DNA of 64,000 bases from Mobula hypostoma (lineage: Eukaryota), in the NCBI RefSeq assembly GCF_963921235.1, contig NC_086108.1, forward strand, positions 64,978,001-65,042,000. The letters run 5' to 3'. The first letter of the stretch is position 1; every line of letters starts with the position of its first letter. The translations under genes were made by a program, and so were the position numbers. The notes below the pieces were generated by a model. That model worked only from the letters and a program-made list of their open reading frames with translations. It ran no database searches and was not told the origin of the DNA. This document shows, piece by piece, positions 1-11,828 of the stretch.

Positions 1-436
1 ATCAGGTTTATCATTATAGTTCTGTTTCTGATCATGTGATTATCTTACAAACTATTGGTCCTCCTACTGAAGAGATCAGAGTCTGGCCTTCAGTTAGCAA
101 ATAGAAGGAAATTGGTATTGTTATTATAAACATAGAGAAAAATCATTGCTCACCATTTGCCCACAGACCAAACAATCAGCACACAGTCACATATATCTGA
201 CTGACCTGTCACATTTTATAATCTTTGAACTTTTCTCAGTGGCAGAGAAATACAGGTCTTCTTTAGGATATGAACTATCAAGTGAACTATTCAACTATTC
301 ATAATCTAGACAATTTGCAAATTGGAAATACGGCCATGCATCATGTCCTAAGGCAGTAAATGATGCTTGCAACTGTGGCAAATTTATCTTGCTAGTCTCC
401 CAAACACTGATTTGTATGCATTGGCTATACCAAAGT

Positions 437-590
437 CACACAGAATGCTGGAGGATCTCAGTGAGTCAGGCAGCATCTACAGAGGGAAATGGTCCATTTC
501 CCTCCATAGATTCTGCCTGATGCATTGAGTTATTCTGCCATTTTGTGCGTCACTCCAGGTTTCCATCACCTGCAGTCTTCCTTGTGTCTG
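437..590. mobile_element. Penelope-like pseudo-LTR, inverted (hairpin) insertion, old
   Basis: cacacagaatgctggaggatctcag...gcagcatctacagagggaaatgg followed by its decayed reverse complement ccatttccctccatagattctgcctga...ttttgtgcg; same family as 40430, 56945 and 57635. Confidence 0.7.
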
Positions 591-2359
591 TACATAAGTT
601 AGGAATTTGTAGCTTGGGGAGAGTCTGTGTGTTGTTTCTAAACACACGCTTAAGTATTTTCCAAGAAAGAAAATTTTCATTATACGCTTAAAACATTAGG
701 ATAGCCGTTCTTACTTGCTGCCTTTATAAATATTTACAGGAATATTGTTGAAACAGTGCCAGAAACTGGAGAAACTGATCCTTACTCTAGGGGCTGTTCA
801 AAGGCATCACTTTGTAACTGGTACCACAGGATATTATACCATAACTGTGCCAGTCTATGCAACTCCAGCACAACATGCTATCAATAATTAAAAGAGATCT
901 GTTACTGTGGATTCTTCTAATAGTGGTGTTACTAGCAGTAGAAAGGTTTATGTATAATAGTTCTAATATTCTCTCCCTCTCTGAATAAACTAGAATTCCA
1001 TTATACCTAATGCTAGCAAGCCCTACGATTATTGTGATGAGTTAAATTTTATCTCTGTATCAGGAAAATAGCAGGTTTGTATTTCCATTGAGTTCAGTTA
1101 GAAGAAACATTGATACCAAAGGTCAAAATGTGAATGTGCTGGCAGAGTTGTACCCACTTGATATTTTTGAAAGAAATTGATTGAAATGAATATGCAAATT
1201 TACCAAATAATCCAAAATGAATCATTGCTGTTTTCCTTTGACCTCTGTGGCTTAGATCTGAGTTGATGTTACTCCCTCACTCTGTCAGAATGAAATTCAA
1301 TAACACTTGGTTGCACATCGATCTGTGAAGTAGGAGAAATTATGTCATTTGGCCAACAAATATTGATCGTCCCTGCAACTCAGAGTTTGGAATTAACAAT
1401 TTGGAAACTACTCACCAAATGTTCAAGTTATTTGCAACTTCCAGTATAATCTTTTATCTTTCAGTTCTGTAAGTGAAATATACTGCTTAATTAAAAGTGC
1501 TGCAATAATAATTCAGTAAGAATATATGGATGATTGGTTATGGCTGACTAAAACATCATTTGCTGTACTAACAACTAAAAAAACTTGAAAGAGCACCAAT
1601 GAAAATTGATAACTGAACTGCAGCATAAATTTATCATGTGAACACTCAACGTTTGCATATAACAATCTGCTATACTTTAATCAGATTACTTCCTCTGCAA
1701 AAGTAGCAGGTGATAAAACATGAACATCATTTAAGTATTCATCTGCTGGCATTGACTTTCATAATTTTGAACAATAGCTAAAAAGCCTTCAACACAGGTT
1801 GCTCCTAAAAATGCTTCATTGATGTTCCTTATTTATCTTAGTCAAGAAACAAATTAGTGACCTGTTTCAAATAGTATCAGCTGATGAGTTGTTCGGCAAA
1901 TTCAAAAGCTGGTCCTGGATTCTGTAGTCACACAGACACTGAAAAGACTGATGGAACGTCGGAGCAAGACCAAAATATGTGAAGAAGGGGGTTAATGTTA
2001 TCCATACTGTGATGGAAGAGTGAATTTTATGATATTTGTGTAGGGTCCAGTATTTGAGTTTATCACCTTGAGTTGTTATTTTGTATTTTACTGACATTAT
2101 TGCCTTGACCTCCCACCATTCCACTTGCCATCAGTTCTTGTACTCAGATTTTCCTGAAGTTTTCTATTGCGTTTTGGTCATGAAAGCAAGCCTGATCCTA
2201 GAATAGAAATGGCATTCTGTCATCTTCCTTCATTTGAAATAAACCAATCAGGTATTTGCAATGGAAAACATTCAAAAAATATTATGGAAGTCTAGAAGTA
2301 TGGGTCAAGTTGGAAATTTTACAGCACAGAGAGCATACTCTTGCTATTTTTGGGCTTCT

Positions 2360-2526
2360 GGCTATTTAATGGTGACGTGTGTATTTTACTTTTTTGTTAA
2401 TTTATTTGTGGTAATATTACTTTAGGTGTGTGTGAGTTATATGTTGAGCATCCTGGTCCAGAGGAATGTTGTTTTGTTTCACTATATACATGTATATGGT
2501 TGAATGACAATAATCTTGAACTTGAA
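2360..2526 (+). mobile_element. 3' end of a LINE-derived element (same family as 43380 and 58540)
   Basis: Shared ending ccagaggaa...tatatggttgaatgacaataatcttgaacttgaa. Confidence 0.55.
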
Positions 2527-3394
2527 ATGTATAAGATGAGGCATCCTACAGAAAGCTAGCACCCATTGCCTATCCTCAACCCGTCTTTTGAATCTCAGAT
2601 TCAAAAGATGGCAAAGGGACTCCCAATGCAGATGGACAGGGAGTTCCAGAATATCATCCCAAAGAAGATGAAATTATGTATTTCCGATCCAGAGAGGCTA
2701 CAGCTCAGCTGCTTCCTGCATTGTGATGATCCTCCTGGGAGTTCTCGATTGGATCAGTTTGCGGAATTAGAATTGTGAGGGTTGTAGAGAATGACAAGGT
2801 TATAGCACCATTTGGAGTTTGTACTAGGAGTCTCAAGGAGATATTTGGTGAAGTTAGCATACTTCATTAAGAGCTAGCTCTTAAGCGTTTTGGTAGTCTC
2901 ATGCAGGGATAGATTGATGGTAAATTTTGCAGAGGAATTTGCTAGGAAAGTGCTGCTTTCCTCTTCCTCACCATCAATTTTGTTAAATGAGAATGTATCA
3001 GCTGAATTCTTTTGACTGAGATTAAAAGAGTTGTATTTATCTTCTTTGGAAGCAGGAGCTTTCTTGCCCACCTAGGGAAGGTTAGATAAGTAGCCAGAAT
3101 CTGAATCTTGTCCAGAGTCAGGATATTGATGAATGTCTCAATAATGTGAAGTAGTTGGGATACATAACTCTGTTTTATTTCTTGCCTTGTTATTTATATC
3201 CATGTCTTGGGTGTTTCTATAGAAATCCTGTGAGCTAAGGTAATAGACCTTTTCAAAACTTTGCAAGGTAGATCTTCACCAGATTGTAGATAACTAGCCA
3301 TGTGAGTTAACTTGTTCTCATCAGTTTCAGGAGGGAGGTTCATGCTCGAGCGATCAGGTTATAGTTTTCAGCAGAGTAATCAAAAGGGGAGACA

Positions 3395-4170
3395 AGCATA
3401 ACATGATAACAGTATATTTGGATTATCAGAAGGCCATTGATAAATTAGATTGCTGCCAAACCATCAAGATATATTGAGTCAAAGAGGGTGGGTGGGGGGC
3501 ACCAAAATAAAAGCAAACTGTGCAAAGCAGGAGATAAGATTGTGGTAGAAGGTGCAGGTAGTTCATGATTCTCTTTGACCCCTGTGCCTTACATTGGATT
3601 TGATGAAGGAATATTATTGTTCACCATTTTCATTAACAATTTGGACTTGGAAATTAAACTTTTACAGTTCATACCAACATGGGATTAAGTAAGGAAGATA
3701 AACATGGGAAGAAATTGAGAAAGATAACACTGAGTGTCACAAAAAGTAATAGGCATGCAAAAATTATATGTCAGTAGTATATTCATTTGTATATGTATAT
3801 GAATGTGACCCAGTGTACACTATGTAGGCTAAAAGACAGTAAAATTATTACAGAGCTCAGAATTCATTTCTAGAGGAATAAAAATGAATGTCAGAAAAGG
3901 TATTTTGAACTTCTACGGAATCTTGGTTAATCCACACATAGTAATACAGAATGGATTTCGATTCATAATGGATTTCCAGGGTTGTTAACTATATGAGAGG
4001 ATACAGCTGTCTAACAATACTGAAACTCTTCTCTATAAGGTAGAAAGCTGAGGAGGGGCATAAAAGAGATCTAAAAATTAAAAGCATTTTCATAGAATAG
4101 ATGTTCATCTGAAATTAAAATTGCGTATATAAGATAGGCTCATAAGGAAGCCAGGAGAAACCCCTTTGAA
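3395..4170 (+). mobile_element. Heavily decayed CR1 LINE RT/3' fragment
   Basis: tatttggattatcagaaggccattgataaa resembles YLDFQKAFDK; ttcaccattttcattaacaatttggac resembles FTIFINDLD; later tggttaatccacacata (LVRPHL-like). Confidence 0.55.
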
Positions 4171-4177
4171 AGAGATT

Positions 4178-5628
4178 TTAAAGATTAGCTTTATTTGTCA
4201 CATGTCGTGAAACATGTCATTTGTTTCAAATTAAATCAGTGAGAACTGTGCAGGGCAAACCACAAGTGTTGCATTAATTCCGACGCCAGCATGGCAAGCA
4301 CACAGTTCCATAAGGCAGAAGAGCAGAATTAGGTTATTCAGCACATCAGGCATGCTCTACCATTCCATCATGGCAGATTTATTATCCCTCTCAACCCCAT
4401 TCTCCTGCCTTCTCCTTGTGACCTTTGACACCCTGACTAATCAAGGACCTATCAACCTCCCCCTCAAATATACACAATGATTTGGCCTCCACAACTGTCT
4501 GTTGCAATGAATTCCACAGATTCACTACCCTCTGGCTAAAACAAATCATCTTCATCTCTGTTCTAAATGGACAACCCTCTATTCTAAGGCTGTGCCCTTT
4601 AGTCCTAGACTCCCCCACTATAGGAAACATCCAGACCCCCTCCAATCTATCTTGGTCTGTCAACATTCAACAGGTTTCAATGAGATTTCCCCCCCCCCAC
4701 TCTTCTTCTAAACTCCAGTGAGTACAGGCCCAGAGCCATCAAATAGCCTAATAAATTAACCCTTTCATTCCTGAAATCATTCTTGTGAACCTCCTCTGGA
4801 CCCTCTCCAATGTCAGCACATCTTTTCTTTGATAAAAGGCTGAAAATGGCTTACAATACTCCATGTGCAATTTCACCAATGCTTTATAAAACCACAGCAT
4901 TAGATCTTGCTTTTATATTCTAGTCCCCTCAAAATGAATGCTAGCAATACCACTGACTCAACCTGTAATTTAACCTTGAGTAAATCCTGCATAAGGGCTC
5001 CCAAGTTGCCTTGCACCTCTGATTTTTGAATTTTCTCCCTGTTTAGAAAATAGCCTACACTTTTATTTCTTTGCCAAAGTGCAGGACAGTGCACTTCCCT
5101 ACACTATCTTTCATCTGCCACTTCTTTGTCCATTTTTCTAATCTGTCCAAACATTGCTTTAGATTCCCTGCTTCCTCAAAACTACTTGCCCCTCCATCTA
5201 TCTCTTGAGCCAAAACCTTAAAGTCCCATTCCTACATTATCCCAATCTGCAGACTCCTTGCTTCCTCAACACGGCCTGCCCCTCCACCTATCTTTGTACC
5301 GTCCACAAACCGCACCACAGAGTCGCCAATTCCATCATCCAGAGCAACACACACAAAATGTTGGAGGAACTCAGCACATCTGAATACATCTGACTTTAGC
5401 TTCTCCCTGTCAAACTGCAGGGTGAATTCTATCATGTTATGGTCACTGCTTCTTTAGGGTTCACTAACACTAACCTGACATACTGGAATGTTGGTGAAAA
5501 CCAGAGCACTGGAGGAAACCCATACAGTTATAGGGAAAACATACAAACCCCTTGCACGTAGTGATGGGAATTGAACCCCAGTCTGTGACAATTGTAAAGT
5601 GATGTACTAACTCCTACCTACCATGCTA
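4178..5628 (-). mobile_element. tRNA-derived V-SINE (HE1-like), split by a CR1 insertion (SINE parts ~4178-4308 and ~5462-5628)
   Basis: Minus strand has a B-box GGGTTCAATTCCC (~5567-5579), a V-domain GGTTTCCTCCAGTGCTCTGGTTTTC and a tail tgtgacaaataaagctaatcttt. Confidence 0.65.
4309..5460 (-). mobile_element. CR1 (HER1-type) LINE, 5'-truncated and rearranged
   Basis: ORFs 4391-4666 (FPIVGESRTKGHSLRI...FSQRVVNLWNSL), 4900-5094 and 5232-5435 (FVDGTKIGG; MIEFTLQFDREKLKSDV) are CR1 ORF2 pieces; a short pseudo-LTR piece sits at ~5343-5378. Confidence 0.85.
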
Positions 5629-5870
5629 CTCCTTACAATAACTAGTGTTCACGTGAGAGTTTATGCCAGGCAAAGTGAATCAAAAGATACAGATGCACTT
5701 TGTGAGAAAACTAAATAAATCCAAGTAGAAGGAAGGTCTAAATCGTTACACTGATGTGGTTAGATGAAGTAGGGTACATGGAATAAAACCACTAGTATAG
5801 ACCTCGTGAACTAAATGTCATATGCAATTATGTTTGAAATATAAGTGACAATATTCATTTCTGTCATATA

Positions 5871-6101
5871 TATTGAAAAGCCTTCAATAACTCCAAAAGA
5901 CTGAAGTTGGGTAGAATACTGAAAGGCTTTTATTCACTGTACAATACGACCTCCATGCTGAGTGTCTGCCCCTGGACTGAGGGGGAGGGGGAAGGCAAAA
6001 CACCTTTATTCAGGAAGCTGTGGGAGGAGCCACAGGGGCAGTCAGCAGAAAGGTGTGTCCAGACAGTTAACCCAGTTACAACATATATATGGTTTACCAC
6101 A
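5871..6101 (-). mobile_element. Probable solo LTR (~231 bp)
   Basis: Minus strand starts TGTGGTAAACC, has two AATAAA motifs and ends TTCAATA. Flanks TATA/TACA fit a degenerate 4-bp TSD. More GC-rich than its surroundings. Confidence 0.5.
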
Positions 6102-6302
6102 TACATGACAACTGGTTGCCTCAAATAGGTTACCATAGCACAAACAAATATTTAGAAGAGTTACCAACCAGGTATACATTACTGAACGGGGATTGTGATG
6201 GACACACACATCTATTAAGGTTTCCTATATCAAGCTGCTTACCATGGACGTTCATAAGAGGGAGCAGTGAATAGGTGGAACACTTCTTTTACAAACTGCT
6301 GC

Positions 6303-7242
6303 CAATCATAGATGAAAAAAAAAGCCGCTAAGAATTCAGCTGGGTGAATGACAGGTTGAGGACAAGTTGATTTGTCTGTTTAGTTAGAAGACTTAGTAGA
6401 GGGAAAAAGAAATCACTGCTGTACAGTAATAAGGTCTGGAGAAAAAATGCTGACACAGCTTCAATTTGATTTCAGCCGACAAAACCGTTGCAGGAATTCA
6501 TCATTCAAGTTTGCAGCTCAGCTCATTCTGGAAGGCTGGAGTATTAATGATATTACTTTTTGTTTGAGGTATTAGGCCGCTTTCCACCTAAATGAAAATT
6601 GTCCTCCCCTTCCCCACTATAAATATAAGCAGCATTCCTGATGAATGTGCACAAAACTGCTAAGACTTAATTGAATATTCCCACACAATATCAGCTTTTC
6701 TTTGAATGTGCACTGAATATTATTGTAAATAAAATTATTCCTGGAGACAGTAATTCCATCAAATAATTCGCCATTAAATAAAATATTTTTATTCAGTAAT
6801 TTGATATTCTGATAAATTATATTTTTTTGTTTATGATGAACATCCCTGTCATCTGCATCTTGCAGCAGAAGTGCTGGTTAGAATTACGCAGGTTATTTGC
6901 TTAATCATTCAAAAGTCATTCTTTGCCTAGTTATCTCTTTTAATCTAAAGTTAGAGACTTGGGACTTGGTTGCCATCCACTGAAATGCTTAATGGTGTTC
7001 AGTATTGATTGGCTAGTTCTCAGCATGTCACTAAGTTCCGAAGTTAACTTTGTTTTTGAAAACTATGATACTTCATGTTTATCCCATTTACAATCGTAGA
7101 TGAGAAAAAAAGCCACTAAGAATTCAACTGGGTGAATGACAGGTTAAGGACAAGTTGGTTTGTCTGTTTAGTTAGAAGACTTTGTAGAGGGAAAAAGAAA
7201 TCACTGCTGTACAGTAATAAGGTCTGGAGAGAAAATGCTGAC
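6303..7242 (+). repeat. 152-bp direct duplication (6303-6454 and 7091-7242)
   Basis: Both copies read caatc(a/g)tagatga...gaattca(g/a)ctgggtgaatgacaggtt...aatcactgctgtacagtaataaggtctggag...atgctgac; about 8 mismatches, offset 788 bp. Confidence 0.95.
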
Positions 7243-7639
7243 TACTACAGGGCGTGACGACCCTGCCTTACACGAGTCCCGGGCTCAGCCGGCTCCGGCT
7301 GGCACTACCCGGTATGGGCCCCTATCCAGGGTTACGGATCCCACTGCCTTGTGGGTATCTTCGGGGGAAGAGAAGGCTAAGGAATAAACCCTACACAAAT
7401 CTGGAGTGGAGCCCCTAAGGCGGTTGGATGACGTATCACGTCACCTCCCGGCAGCTCCTGCAGCCAAGCTGATGCCAAATGTACTGCTTCGCATTCCTTT
7501 GGACCACATCCGCGAGGCCGAGAGGGGGATCTTGACGTCTGGGCAGCCCAGGATCTCCATATTCATCGACCAGGTCTGCACTCTGAAAGAGCATATCCAT
7601 TGTCTACTTAGACAGATGGAGCCATTATATATATATATA
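7243..7639 (+). mobile_element. Young GC/CpG-rich non-autonomous retroelement with (TA)n tail, possibly RTE-related
   Basis: Sharp GC-rich block with many intact CpGs and several hairpins, ending in (TA)n at ~7626-7639. The segment aaggctaaggaataaaccctacacaaatctggagtggagcccctaaggcggttgg recalls RTE-clade leaders (from memory, unverified). Confidence 0.55.
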
Positions 7640-8150
7640 ACCCTAAGGAGGATCATAATATGATAGAATTCACCCTGAAGTTTGAGAGGGAGAAGCTAAA
7701 GTCAGATGTACCAGTATTAAAGTGGAGTAAAGGGGAATACTGAAGCATGAGAGAGGAGCTGGCCAAAGTTGAATGGAAGGAGACACTAGCAGTGACTACG
7801 GTAGTACAGCAATGATAGGAGTTTCTGGGAGCAATCCGGAAGGCCCAAGATAGATACATCCCAAAAATGAAGAGGTATTCTAAATGGAGGATTGCACAAA
7901 GGTGGCTGACAAGGGAACACAAAGACAGAATAAAAGCTAAAGAGAGGGCATATAATATCGCAAAAACTAGTGGGAAGTTAGAGGATTGGGAAGCTTTTAA
8001 AAACTAATGACGGAAGGCAACTAAAGGAGAGAAATGATGAAATATAAAGGGTAAGCTAGGCAATAAAGTGGAATAAATGGAATTACTGAGGCATGAGAGA
8101 GGAGCTGGCTAAAGTTGAATGGAAGGAGACACTAGCAAGGATGATGGCAG
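7640..8150 (+). mobile_element. CR1 ORF2 internal fragment with a small internal duplication
   Basis: DHNMIEFTLKFEREKLKSDVPVLKWSKG...; gcatgagagaggagctggc...ggagacactagca occurs twice (~7745 and ~8091). Confidence 0.8.
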
Positions 8151-8504
8151 AGTTCCAAGTGAAAACTGACGTGACTACAAAGCTTCCTTGATTTTTCTAA
8201 ATCTCACAATATAGTCCTGCATTTACTGAGAAGTACAGCCAGACTATCAAAACCTTCAACACATAGGAATTCAAGTCAACAAAGCAGAAATGAACAAATA
8301 TCAAAATATTGCAACAGAGGAGCAAAAAGAGCACAGCATAATTCTGTACTGTTGTGTTGTATCCTCAGTAGTGGTCACTAACTTCAGTAGGACTCTAACC
8401 ATACAACTTCTCTGCTTACAGCGAGTAGGTTCAATACTGCTTTGAGTTTGAGAAACAGCTGCAAAAAAAGAAGTGACACAAATTTAAAGATGAAAGTCAA
8501 ACCA

Positions 8505-9250
8505 GCATATGACTTGTACTATGAATGGTAGACACTAGGGAGTATAATAAAACAGATGGACATAGGAGTACAAGAGCATAGTTCATTGAAAGCAGTATCA
8601 CAAGTAGACAGGGTGGTGAAAAAAATGTTTAACACGCTGAACTTCATCAGACAGAACACTGAGTAAACAAATTAAGAAGTTATGTTGCAGTTGTACAAGT
8701 CATTAGTGGGACTGCACTTGGATGACTGTGTACAGTTTTGTTCACCCTGTTATAGGAAAAATGTGGTTACACTGGAAACAGTACAGAAAAGATTTATAAG
8801 AATATTGTCAGGACTAGAGGGCCTGAACTACAGGGTGAGGTTGGCCAGTCTTGTTCTTTATGCATTGGAACTTGGGAGAATGAGGGACGAATACTTAAAA
8901 TTATGGGAGGCATGGACAGGGTGGATGGTAACAGTCTTGTCCCAAGGTAGGGAAGACCAAACTTAGGGAGCATAGGTTTAGGTTGAGAGGGGAAAGATTT
9001 AAAAGGGACCTGAGGTAGCTTTTCATGCTGAGAGTGATGAGGAGATGGATCAATCTGTCAGAAGAAGTGGTTGAGGCAGGTACAATCATGTCATTTAAGA
9101 AATACTTAGGTAAGTATATGGAGGGACAGGACTGGGAGGGATATGGGCCAAATGCATGAACAAAATAGGTTGGATCTGTGGTTGGAAAACACTTACTGGG
9201 TCTGAGGCCTTATATCTGTGCTGTATTGCTCAGTGACGCTATGACTGTAA
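8505..9250 (+). mobile_element. CR1 LINE 3' fragment
   Basis: ORF 8682-8966 MLQLYKSLVGLHLDDCVQFCSPCYRK...VQKRFIRILSGL; 3' UTR ending ...ctgtgctgtattgctc..ctatgact. Confidence 0.85.
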
Positions 9251-10229
9251 GTTGGGTATGGCTCTGTTTATTTATTAAGTACGTGAACAATTACGGTAGT
9301 GAAGAATGTAATATGAGCAAATGGTTGGAGAATTTGAGAGTTGGTGTTTATCACATTCCACAATTTGTTCAGCAATTTGACCTCTGGAAATCAGGGAAAT
9401 CAGTGAATCGTGGAAAAATTAAGTTAGGAGGCTTCCTTTAGACCTTAACAAGCTCCTGCTATTTACCAGTTTTAATTTTAAGAGACTGAATGTTAAACAA
9501 ATGAAGTTATTGTAGATGTTGAATGTTCATTTGGGAAAAATAACATCTGGTCATACTTATTCACTGAGATTGATGTCTTTTGTGTACTGTATTTATGATA
9601 TTCCTCATCCCCAGCATGAAAATCCCTGAATGTCAGCAATAAATATAACTTCCATTGCAAGGGTCAATAAGTACAGTGACAGAGTAAGTTTTCATAAAAC
9701 TGCCAGTTTGGAGGGAAAGCAATTGTAGCTTTCATACTTAGAACTTCATATATTCAATGACAACTGAATGGAGTGGGAACTTTCCATTAATGGATCATTC
9801 AGATCCATTAATGATGCAAAAAGATATCCCACCATCACTCACTGTGATACTGATGAGATTGGTTTGCCCATTTTAGGTATCAAATACTTTGGCCTAGTTT
9901 TTGCTGGAAAATACCAATAGGTCGAGAGTGTCTGCATATGCATTGTTGGAAATCCCAAACTTTTCACTGGAAGCGCAACAAACATCTCCTGTCTGTGTTC
10001 TACTGCAGGACTCCTTCAAATATTCCTTAGCATTTTCACTGGAGAGTTCTCCCTTGTACCCTGTCACCAGTCTAGTCCTGGCACGACGACGGGTTATTCT
10101 GCACACAAATAATGCTGGCTATATGCACAGGTCTGTCATTATCAGGGTATAGAAAATATTGTCTGACCTACTGAATATTTTCCATTCTATTTTAGATTTA
10201 CAGCAGCAATAGTATTTTGTTTCTGTCTT

Positions 10230-10582
10230 CTGATGAGAGGGATTGATCATGTGGATAGCCAGAGGCTTTTTTCCCAGGGCTGAAATGGCTAACACAAGGG
10301 GCATAGTGTTATGGTACTTGGAAGCAGGTACAAGGGGGATGTCAGAGGTAAGTTTTTCACACAGAGAGTGGTGGGTGCATAGACTGCCAGCAAAGGTGTT
10401 AGTGGTGGATACAATAGAGTCTTTTAAGAGACTCTTAGATGGTTACATGGAGCTCAGAAAAATAGAGGGCAATGTGGTAGGGAAATTCTAGGCAGTTTCC
10501 AGAGTAGGTTGCATGGTCAGCACAGCATTGTGGGCCAAAGAGCCTGTAATGTGCTGGAGGTTTCTATGTCTCTCTGTTTCTA
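10230..10582 (+). mobile_element. CR1 LINE 3' end (same subfamily as 50091-54383)
   Basis: FFPRAEMANTRG...DTIESFKRLLDGYMELRKIEG and tail ttgtgggccaaagagcctgtaatgtgctg...tttctatgt. Confidence 0.85.
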
Positions 10583-11828
10583 TAATTGGTCTGAATAGGA
10601 ATGTCAGTAAAGCTGGAGCCTGGTGACCTGACACAAAACTAATGGAACTAGAGAGCATGGGTTGGATCAGGTATCAAAAAAATTTGAAGACCCTCAGTTT
10701 AGGTTCAATCAGGTCGGGCCAGCTCTTTAGAGATAATGTTCCAAGACTCAGTACTTTAACTAGTGCCTCGTTGTCTAGTTCCCAAACCTACCAGGATCCA
10801 ACAGTATGTATTGGATTCAAATCCAGGTCAGGTATCAAATAAACTAAAGTCCCTTGGGTTGCTGGATTTGGGTTGCCAGATTCAAGTTGGTACTTAATTT
10901 TCTGCCCCAGAAGACCACTAAGCAAAGCACTGGGTAGTTTTATTACCCATAAATTTACATCTCCAGGATTGGAATAAACTACCCATTGGAGATCTTTACT
11001 GAGAATGAAGGGAAAAACTTACATCATATCTATTCGTGTTGAACCATTTCCCTGAGGTAAGTCAGTTTTAAACTGTTTTCTTGAAATATCAGTGAGTTAA
11101 GTTATTTATCATTGTTTTTATTTATAAATAAATCCCACTTTTGCTGGATATACAGAAAACAATGTTATACTGGCACTAGTTTTTTCCTCAAGGAATTATT
11201 TTTTTCAGTTTTATTTTATTGAGATTGTGAGGTTGCCATTGCATTTCCTGGCTGCAGTTTCAAGCTGATTGACCAGCTGAGTAGCTATATTTTTTCCCCT
11301 TTTTGTTGCTCAACATTCAGCCCACTTGCAGCAAATTTCCAACATGGTTTGCAATACTCTTGTGATAATTTGTTTCTGTGCAGATGTTGAACTAACACGG
11401 GCTTGAGCATTTATATAGCGTCCTTTCTATGCATGTTGCCAACCATTCAGATTTTGTTTCCTGTTATGACAGCCTGAACCAAGAGTTTTCCAATCACTGT
11501 CCAGAAACACATTTTCTGAAGTAAAGAGCTGAAAATGTCTGCCTTAATTACTTACATTTCCAGAGCAGCTTGCAGCCAAAGAATTCTTTTACTATTTTTC
11601 CTGATTATTCCGTAATCTATTTTATCCCTGTAAAGGATATTTTTAGTTGCTTGTGCCACTACAAACATTAAGTTTAACTTCACTGCCATCCATTATGTCT
11701 TCTAATTGAAGCTTCATTTTAGCACATTCCTTCTTGTTCTTTTCTAGGACCGCAGGACTATGATATATATCTGCGAAATACTTAAACCTAGTCTTGCAGT
11801 TCCCATGACCATTAATAGTTCTATAGTG

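Noticed and set aside
5560..5630. tRNA gene (also the B-box at ~23580)
   Set aside because: Only decayed A/B boxes attached to SINE bodies; no cloverleaf.
6303..7242. Small LTR retroelement (TRIM) bounded by the 152-bp repeats
   Set aside because: No TG...CA termini, primer-binding site, polypurine tract or TSD.
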